This document shows, in pieces, positions 1 through 4,665 of a stretch of DNA of 4,665 bases; the stretch's first letter is position 1; each line of letters starts with the position of its first letter. Origin of the DNA: a virus (Duplodnaviria; Heunggongvirae; Uroviricota; Caudoviricetes); IMG/VR virus record IMGVR_UViG_2711768073_000007. The stretch is one strand, 5' to 3'. Under the pieces are notes generated by a model, which ran no database searches, was not told where the DNA came from, and was given only the letters and a program-made list of their open reading frames with translations. Both the position numbers and the translations under genes were made by a program.

Positions 1-141
1 CAACGCCACGGGGCCAGCAAAAAAGCCATTACCCGTGCGTTTGATGACGATGTTGAGTTTCAGGAGCGCATGGCAGAACACATCCGGTACATGGTTGAAA
101 CCATTGCTCACCACCAGGTTGATATTGATTCAGAGGTATAA
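1..141 (+). CDS. gam: Gam host-nuclease (RecBCD) inhibitor, C-terminal 46 codons; 5' end lies outside the window
   Basis: In-frame translation from position 1 gives [46 protein letters not shown] followed by TAA at 139-141, which matches the C-terminus of lambda Gam as I recall it. It sits 5 nt upstream of bet, as in lambda. Confidence 0.9.
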   Translation, partial: QRHGASKKAITRAFDDDVEFQERMAEHIRYMVETIAHHQVDIDSEV

Positions 142-146
142 AACGG

Positions 147-932
147 ATGAGTACAGCACTCGCAACGCTGGCAGGGAAGCTGGCTGAACGTGTCGGCATG
201 GATTCTGTCGACCCACAGGAACTGATCACCACTCTTCGCCAGACGGCATTTAAAGGTGATGCCAGCGATGCGCAGTTCATCGCATTGTTGATCGTCGCCA
301 ACCAGTACGGCCTTAATCCGTGGACGAAAGAAATTTACGCCTTCCCTGATAAGCAGAACGGCATCGTTCCGGTGGTGGGCGTTGATGGCTGGTCCCGCAT
401 CATCAATGAAAACCAGCAGTTTGATGGCATGGACTTTGAGCAGGACAATGAATCCTGTACATGCCGGATTTACCGCAAGGACCGTAATCATCCGATCTGC
501 GTTACCGAATGGATGGATGAATGCCGCCGCGAACCATTCAAAACTCGCGAAGGCAGGGAAATCACGGGGCCGTGGCAGTCGCATCCCAAACGGATGTTAC
601 GGCATAAAGCCATGATTCAGTGTGCCCGTCTGGCCTTCGGATTTGCTGGTATCTATGACAAGGATGAAGCCGAGCGCATTGTCGAAAATACTGCATACAC
701 TGCAGAACGTCAGCCAGAACGCGACATCACTCCGGTTAACGATGAAACCATGCAGGAGATTAACACTCTGCTGATAGCCCTGGATAAAACATGGGATGAC
801 GACTTATTGCCGCTCTGTTCCCAGATATTTCGCCGCGACATTCGCGCATCGTCAGAACTGACACAGGCCGAAGCAGTGAAAGCTCTTGGATTCCTGAAAC
901 AGAAAGCCACTGAGCAGAAGGTGGCAGCATGA
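147..932 (+). CDS. bet: Red-beta single-strand annealing protein (Bet), 261 aa
   Basis: The 261-aa product ([38 protein letters not shown]...) is recognisable as lambda Bet and has the same length. The 5-nt gam-bet gap and the ATGA overlap with exo (929-932) are also as in lambda. Confidence 0.96.
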   Translation: MSTALATLAGKLAERVGMDSVDPQELITTLRQTAFKGDASDAQFIALLIVANQYGLNPWTKEIYAFPDKQNGIVPVVGVDGWSRIINENQQFDGMDFEQDNESCTCRIYRKDRNHPICVTEWMDECRREPFKTREGREITGPWQSHPKRMLRHKAMIQCARLAFGFAGIYDKDEAERIVENTAYTAERQPERDITPVNDETMQEINTLLIALDKTWDDDLLPLCSQIFRRDIRASSELTQAEAVKALGFLKQKATEQKVAA

Positions 933-1609
933 CACCGGACATTATCCTGCAGCGTACCGGGATCGACGTGAGAGCTGTCGAACAGGGGGATGATGCATGG
1001 CACAAATTACGGCTCGGCGTCATCACCGCTTCAGAAGTTCACAACGTGATAGCAAAGCCCCGATCAGGAAAGAAGTGGCCTGACATGAAAATGTCCTACT
1101 TCCACACCCTGCTGGCTGAGGTTTGCACCGGTGTGGCTCCGGAAGTTAACGCTAAAGCGCTGGCCTGGGGAAAACAGTACGAGAACGACGCCAGAACCCT
1201 GTTTGAGTTCACTTCCGGCGTAAATGTTATTGAATCCCCGATCATCTATCGCGACGAAAGTATGCGCACCGCCTGCTCTCCCGATGGTTTATGCAGTGAC
1301 GGCAATGGCCTTGAGCTGAAATGCCCGTTTACCTCCCGGGATTTCATGAAATTCCGGCTCGGTGGTTTCGAGGCCATAAAGTCGGCTTACATGGCCCAGG
1401 TGCAGTACAGCATGTGGGTGACGCGAAAAGATGCCTGGTACTTTGCCAACTATGACCCGCGTATGAAGCGTGAAGGCCTGCATTATGTCGTGATTGAGCG
1501 GAATGAAAAGTATATAGCGAGTTTTGACGAGATGGTGCCGGAGTTCATCGAAAAAATGGACGAGGCACTGGCTGAAATTGGTTTTGTATTTGGGGAGCAA
1601 TGGCGATGA
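929..1609 (+). CDS. exo: Lambda-type 5'-3' exonuclease (Red-alpha, Exo), 226 aa
   Basis: The 226-aa product ([40 protein letters not shown]...) is recognisable as lambda exonuclease and has the same length. Its start overlaps the bet stop (ATGA). Confidence 0.96.
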   Translation: MTPDIILQRTGIDVRAVEQGDDAWHKLRLGVITASEVHNVIAKPRSGKKWPDMKMSYFHTLLAEVCTGVAPEVNAKALAWGKQYENDARTLFEFTSGVNVIESPIIYRDESMRTACSPDGLCSDGNGLELKCPFTSRDFMKFRLGGFEAIKSAYMAQVQYSMWVTRKDAWYFANYDPRMKREGLHYVVIERNEKYIASFDEMVPEFIEKMDEALAEIGFVFGEQWR

Positions 1610-1788
1610 AACATCCTCACGATAATATCCGCGTAGGCACGATCACTTTCGTCTACTCCGTTACGAAGCGAGGCTGGGTATTTCCCGGCCTTTCTGTTAT
1701 CCGAAATCCCCTGAAAGCACAGCGGCTGGCTGAGGAGATAAATAATAAACGGGGAGCTGTATGCACAAAGCATCTCCCGTTGAGTTAA
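1606..1788 (+). CDS. Small conserved lambdoid protein of unknown function, orf60a-like, 60 aa (alternative start ATG 1600)
   Basis: The ATG at 1606 overlaps the exo TGA stop (ATGA at 1606-1609), giving a 60-aa product [24 protein letters not shown].... The length and 4-nt overlap match the lambda orf60a annotation as I recall it; the six-frame track starts it 6 nt earlier at 1600. Confidence 0.7.
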   Translation: MKHPHDNIRVGTITFVYSVTKRGWVFPGLSVIRNPLKAQRLAEEINNKRGAVCTKHLPLS

Positions 1789-1952
1789 GAACGAGTATCG
1801 AGATGGCACATAGCCTCGCTCAAATTGGAGTCAGGTTTGTGCCAATACCAGTAGAAACAGACGAAGAATTTCATACGTTAGCCGCATCCCTTTCACAAAA
1901 GCTGGAAATGATGGTGGCGAAAGCAGAAGCAGATGAGAGAGACCAGGTATGA
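1761..1952 (+). CDS. Small conserved lambdoid protein of unknown function, orf63-like, 63 aa
   Basis: A 63-aa ORF ([37 protein letters not shown]...) overlaps the previous ORF by 28 nt, the same length and overlap as lambda orf63 relative to orf60a. The product is acidic and predicted soluble. Confidence 0.7.
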   Translation: MHKASPVELRTSIEMAHSLAQIGVRFVPIPVETDEEFHTLAASLSQKLEMMVAKAEADERDQV

Positions 1953-2244
1953 CAACCACGGAATGCATTTTTCTGGCAGCGGGCTTCATATTCTGTGTGC
2001 TTATGCTTGCCGACATGGGACTTGTTCAATGACACCTCAGCAAGAAAACGCCCTTCGCAGCATTGCCCGTCAGGCTAATTCTGAAATCAAAAAAGCCAGA
2101 CAGCAGTTTCCGGATAAAAACGTCGATGACATTTGCCGTAGCGTACTGAAGAAGCACCGCGAAACGGTAACGCTGATGGGATTCACACCGACTCATTTAA
2201 GCCTGGCGATCGGCATGTTAAACGGCGTCTTTAAGGAACGGTGA
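1933..2244 (+). CDS. Hypothetical protein in the lambda orf61 position, 103 aa as drawn; the real product may instead be the 71-aa protein from ATG 2029
   Basis: The ATG at 1933 overlaps orf63 by 20 nt, as lambda orf61 does by the recalled coordinates, but here the frame stays open for 103 codons. An internal ATG at 2029 (MTPQQENALRSIARQ...) is translationally coupled to an upstream small ORF, so the start is uncertain. Confidence 0.5.
   Translation: MRETRYDNHGMHFSGSGLHILCAYACRHGTCSMTPQQENALRSIARQANSEIKKARQQFPDKNVDDICRSVLKKHRETVTLMGFTPTHLSLAIGMLNGVFKER
1949..2032 (+). CDS. Candidate 27-aa hydrophobic micropeptide (MTTTECIFLAAGFIFCVLMLADMGLVQ), alternative frame within the orf61-position ORF
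   Basis: Its ATG overlaps the orf63 stop (ATGA at 1949-1952) and its TGA stop overlaps the ATG at 2029 (ATGA at 2029-2032). The product has one continuous hydrophobic stretch of about 20 residues, consistent with a single transmembrane helix. There is no independent SD, so coupling would be required. Confidence 0.25.
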   Translation: MTTTECIFLAAGFIFCVLMLADMGLVQ

Positions 2245-2264
2245 ACATGAAAAGCAAAATCATC

Positions 2265-2290
2265 AGGGAGCTACAGGCTCCTTTTTTATT
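2265..2290 (+). terminator. Putative rho-independent terminator or attenuator inside the pL-type operon
   Basis: GGAGC (2267-2271), loop TACAG, GCTCC (2277-2281), followed directly by TTTTTTATT (2282-2290). The stem can extend to about 7 bp with A-U and G-U pairs. It lies in the gap between the orf61-position ORF and the TraR-like gene. Confidence 0.4.
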
Positions 2291-2342
2291 GTTCGCATTC
2301 ATCCTCAAGCGTATTAACCAACAATTCAGGGATTAATGGAAG

Positions 2343-2561
2343 ATGGCAGACATCATTGATTCGGCATCAGAAATCGAAGAATTACAGCGCAATACAGCAA
2401 TAAAAATGCGTCGTCTGAACTACCAGACTGTATCCGCAACTCATTGTTGTGAGTGTGGCGATCCGATAGATGAGCGAAGACGCCTGGCTGTTCAGGGTTG
2501 TCGGACTTGTGCAAGTTGCCAGGAGGAGATCGAACTTAAGAACAAACAATGGGGACTGTGA
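2343..2561 (+). CDS. TraR/DksA-family C4 zinc-finger protein, 72 aa (phage-encoded probable RNA polymerase secondary-channel binder)
   Basis: The product contains CCECGDPIDERRRLAVQGCRTCASC, i.e. CxxC-(17)-CxxC with the G-PI-E-RR signature, closely resembling the zinc-finger region of F-plasmid TraR. The size is typical of TraR-like proteins. Confidence 0.8.
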   Translation: MADIIDSASEIEELQRNTAIKMRRLNYQTVSATHCCECGDPIDERRRLAVQGCRTCASCQEEIELKNKQWGL

Positions 2562-2608
2562 TGGCCTCAAAGCAGCAAATTTCAACATCGTCCAACTGAG
2601 GTGTAAAA

Positions 2609-2887
2609 ATGTTCAGAATCATTTTTCCTAACACCTGGTACGTCGACCACCACGGCACTCCCTGCAAAATCCTGCGTTCTACCCACAACAAAGTTCACTA
2701 CATCCGAAAAGGCAGAACATGTATCGCCAGCATGTTCCGCTTTAATCATGACTTTGAACCTGTGAATAAAGCTGATGCAGATCGGATAGCAGAAGAGATC
2801 GAAACGGCAGAACACATTAAGAAGTTACGTGACATGCGTTCAAAAAGCAGAGGTAACCATGGAATCATACAGCCTCACACTCGATGA
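2609..2887 (+). CDS. Hypothetical protein, 92 aa, function unknown
   Basis: Good SD (GAGGTG, 2598-2603) 5 nt before ATG 2609, co-oriented with the operon. The 3' end overlaps the xis start by 29 nt. I recognise no motif; basic N-terminal half, acidic central segment. Confidence 0.55.
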   Translation: MFRIIFPNTWYVDHHGTPCKILRSTHNKVHYIRKGRTCIASMFRFNHDFEPVNKADADRIAEEIETAEHIKKLRDMRSKSRGNHGIIQPHTR

Positions 2888-3230
2888 GGCCTGTCAGTTT
2901 CTTAAGATATCCAGACCAACCGCCACCAACTGGATACGAACAGGCCGCCTACAGGCAACACGTAAAGATCCAACCAAGCCAAAATCTCCTTACCTCACAA
3001 CACGGCAAGCCTGCATTGCGGCGCTTCAGTCTCCGCTGCATACTGTCCAGGTGAGCGCGGGTGATGGCATAACAGAGGAAAGAAAATGTCACTCTTCCGC
3101 AGAAATGAAATATGGTATGCCTCGTATTCGCTCCCGGGCGGGAAACGAATTAAGGAATCTCTTGGCACAAAGGACAAGCGGCAAGCTCAGGAGTTGCACG
3201 ACAAGCGAAAAGCAGAACTCTGGCGAGTAG
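2859..3230 (+). CDS. xis: Excisionase-like DNA-binding protein (Xis / recombination directionality factor candidate), 123 aa from ATG 2859 (track gives GTG 2829)
   Basis: SD AGAGG before ATG 2859. The N-terminal about 55 aa ([32 protein letters not shown]...) look like a phage excisionase/AlpA-type helix-turn-helix, and the gene sits immediately upstream of the integrase. The frame runs 145 nt into int in a different frame, so the true C-terminus is uncertain. Confidence 0.6.
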   Translation: MESYSLTLDEACQFLKISRPTATNWIRTGRLQATRKDPTKPKSPYLTTRQACIAALQSPLHTVQVSAGDGITEERKCHSSAEMKYGMPRIRSRAGNELRNLLAQRTSGKLRSCTTSEKQNSGE

Positions 3231-4249
3231 AAAAGCTAGGGGATTTACCTGATGTCACTTTTGAAGAGGCCTGCCTAAGATGGCTTGAGGAAAAAGCTGA
3301 TAAAAAATCTCTCGATTCAGATAAAAGCCGGATTGAGTTCTGGCTTGAACATTTTGAGGGTATAAGGCTTAAAGATATCTCGGAGGCAAAGATTTACTCT
3401 GCTGTAAGCAGAATGCATAACAGAAAGACGAAAGAAATATGGAAACAGAAAGTTCAGGCCGCCATCAGGAAAGGTAAAGAACCGCCTGTTTATGAACCAA
3501 AGCCAGTATCAACTCAGACAAAGGCAAAGCATCTTGCCATGATAAAGGCCATTCTCCGTGCTGCAGAACGCGACTGGAAGTGGCTGGAAAAAGCGCCTGT
3601 CATCAAGATACCAGCGGTCAGAAACAAGCGAGTCAGATGGCTGGAAAAGGAGGAAGCAAAACGCCTTATTGATGAGTGCCCCGAACCACTGAAATCTGTC
3701 GTCAAGTTTGCGCTGGCAACTGGTCTGAGAAAGTCGAACATCATAAATCTGGAATGGCAACAAATCGACATGCAGCGACGAGTTGCCTGGGTGAATCCAG
3801 AAGAGAGCAAATCAAACCGCGCCATTGGTGTGGCGCTGAACGATACCGCCTGTAAAGTGTTGCGTGATCAAATAGGCAAGCATCACAAATGGGTGTTTGT
3901 ACATACCAAGGCGGCTAAGCGAGCAGATGGAACATCAACGCCTGCGGTCAGGAAGATGCGCATCGACAGCAAGACATCATGGCTATCAGCTTGTCGTCGT
4001 GCAGGAATTGAAGATTTCCGTTTCCATGACCTCAGACACACCTGGGCAAGCTGGCTGATTCAGTCAGGCGTCCCATTATCAGTGCTTCAGGAAATGGGCG
4101 GATGGGAGTCCATAGAAATGGTTCGTAGGTATGCTCACCTTGCGCCTAATCATTTGACAGAGCATGCGAGGAAAATAGACGACATTTTTGGTGATAATGT
4201 CCCAAATATGTCCCACTCTGGAATTATGGAGGATATAAAGAAGGCGTAA
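3086..4249 (+). CDS. int: Tyrosine site-specific integrase, 387 aa, DLP12 IntD-like, argU-targeting type
   Basis: N-terminus [33 protein letters not shown] is typical of the arm-binding domain of P4/DLP12-family integrases. The C-terminus carries the catalytic signature: [14 protein letters not shown], and VRRYAHL with the catalytic Tyr codon at 4130-4132. The stop lies 15 nt from the tRNA 3' end. Confidence 0.95.
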   Translation: MSLFRRNEIWYASYSLPGGKRIKESLGTKDKRQAQELHDKRKAELWRVEKLGDLPDVTFEEACLRWLEEKADKKSLDSDKSRIEFWLEHFEGIRLKDISEAKIYSAVSRMHNRKTKEIWKQKVQAAIRKGKEPPVYEPKPVSTQTKAKHLAMIKAILRAAERDWKWLEKAPVIKIPAVRNKRVRWLEKEEAKRLIDECPEPLKSVVKFALATGLRKSNIINLEWQQIDMQRRVAWVNPEESKSNRAIGVALNDTACKVLRDQIGKHHKWVFVHTKAAKRADGTSTPAVRKMRIDSKTSWLSACRRAGIEDFRFHDLRHTWASWLIQSGVPLSVLQEMGGWESIEMVRRYAHLAPNHLTEHARKIDDIFGDNVPNMSHSGIMEDIKKA

Positions 4250-4264
4250 CTGATTGAATTGTAA

Positions 4265-4341
4265 TGGCGCGCCCTGCAGGATTCGAACCTGCGGCCCACG
4301 ACTTAGAAGGTCGTTGCTCTATCCAACTGAGCTAAGGGCGC
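4265..4341 (-). tRNA. argU: tRNA-Arg (anticodon UCU), 77 nt with encoded CCA
   Basis: The reverse complement of 4265-4341 folds as a cloverleaf: acceptor GCGCCCT/AGGGCGC, D-arm GCTC-AGTTGGATA-GAGC, anticodon arm ACGAC-CTTCTAA-GTCGT (anticodon TCT), T-arm GCAGG-TTCGAAT-CCTGC, discriminator G and CCA. It matches E. coli argU as I recall it. Confidence 0.95.
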
Positions 4342-4372
4342 GTTGATACCGCAATGCGGTGTAATCGCGTGA

Positions 4373-4400
4373 ATTATACGGTCAACCCTTGCTGAGTCAA
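4373..4400 (-). promoter_or_regulatory. Probable sigma70 promoter of the tRNA-Arg gene
   Basis: On the - strand: -35 TTGACT (4395-4400), 16-bp spacer, -10 TATAAT (4373-4378). The -10 lies 31 nt upstream of the mature tRNA 5' end and is followed by a GC-rich discriminator-like segment (tcacgcg). Confidence 0.6.
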
Positions 4401-4583
4401 TGGCTTTTGATCTGGTTGCTGAACAAGTGAACGACCGCGTCTGATTTTCTGATTTATTTCGCTATAGCGGCAAACAAACGCACACCGCTGCGCGTCTGAA
4501 TCAAGAAAACCCGTATTTTCATGTATCAAAGTACAATTTACCGCCCTAACGGAAAATTGTCCGCTCCTATGAGACTGGTAACT

Positions 4584-4665
4584 ATGAAACTGGATTTGCC
4601 CCTATATTTCCAGACACCTGTTATCACTTACCCCATCACTGGCCCACTGCCGCAGATATTCCCGT
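4584..4665 (+). CDS. Possible 5' end of a host ORF running off the window (MKLDLPLYFQTPVITYPITGPLPQIFP...); in-frame ATGs also at 4521 and 4569
   Basis: An open frame runs from 4521 to the window edge with no stop. No convincing SD and no recognisable motif, so this could be non-coding intergenic sequence. Confidence 0.2.
   Translation, partial: MKLDLPLYFQTPVITYPITGPLPQIFP

Larger units (their letters stand above)
1..4300. mobile_element. Integrase-proximal end of a lambdoid prophage integrated at tRNA-Arg; the right boundary (att core) is approximate and expected within about 4250-4300
   Basis: A contiguous phage recombination module, accessory genes, xis and int end 15 nt from the 3' end of a tRNA gene, the classic arrangement for tRNA-targeting tyrosine integrases. 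The exact core cannot be set without the other prophage junction. Confidence 0.8.

Noticed and set aside
29-584. Minus-strand ORFs 29-301 (90 aa) and 108-584 (158 aa)
   Set aside because: They are antisense to gam and bet, whose + strand products are confidently recognised; no SD or recognisable motif. Typical shadow ORFs.
382-615. Plus-strand 77-aa ORF in an alternative frame inside bet
   Set aside because: Fully embedded in bet in another frame; no independent signals.
710-1809. Minus-strand ORFs 710-1003, 760-1026, 1289-1600 and 1483-1809
   Set aside because: They are antisense to bet, exo and orf60a and have low-complexity, Ser/Cys/Arg-rich products typical of reverse-frame artefacts.
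1831-2016. Minus-strand 61-aa ORF opposite orf63 and the micropeptide region
   Set aside because: Antisense to co-oriented operon genes and no SD; considered as a possible antisense toxin but there is no supporting promoter or terminator.
2290-2342. Possible promoter upstream of the TraR-like gene (TTGTTC-17 bp-TATTAA)
   Set aside because: Weak match in both hexamers, including a non-consensus final position of the -10. Expression is more simply explained by read-through from the upstream operon.
2382-2815. Minus-strand ORFs 2382-2588 (68 aa) and 2582-2815 (77 aa)
   Set aside because: Antisense to the TraR-like gene and to the 92-aa ORF, which have the motif and SD support respectively.
2940-3086. 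Search for a lambda pI-like cII-dependent promoter (TTGC-N6-TTGC) inside xis
   Set aside because: Only a single TTGC followed by a non-matching second half-site was seen; no convincing cII box.
2995-3825. Minus-strand ORFs 2995-3177, 3509-3763 and 3514-3825
   Set aside because: Antisense to xis and int; the integrase frame is unambiguous.
1-4665. CRISPR arrays, IS elements or other large repeats
   Set aside because: No direct-repeat and spacer periodicity, no terminal inverted repeats and no transposase-like ORF were seen anywhere in the window.

Overview
This window is the integrase-proximal end of a lambdoid prophage inserted at a tRNA-Arg(UCU) gene (argU-type site), plus about 320 bp of host flank. 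All phage genes are on the + strand, in the order of a lambda pL-type operon: gam (3' part), bet, exo, two small overlapping ORFs matching lambda orf60a and orf63 in length and overlap, an orf61-position ORF, a putative intrinsic terminator, a TraR/DksA-family zinc-finger protein, a 92-aa unknown protein, an excisionase-like gene and a 387-aa tyrosine integrase. The integrase stops 15 nt before the 3' CCA end of the tRNA, which is on the - strand and has a near-consensus sigma70 promoter upstream. The most interesting part is the accessory slot between orf63 and xis (about 1933-2887). It holds an ambiguously coded region with a possible hidden 27-aa hydrophobic peptide, the TraR-like protein and the 92-aa ORF. 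I cannot identify a complete known defence or anti-defence system from sequence alone. All identifications rest on reading the sequence and recalled knowledge of lambda and DLP12; no database search was run.
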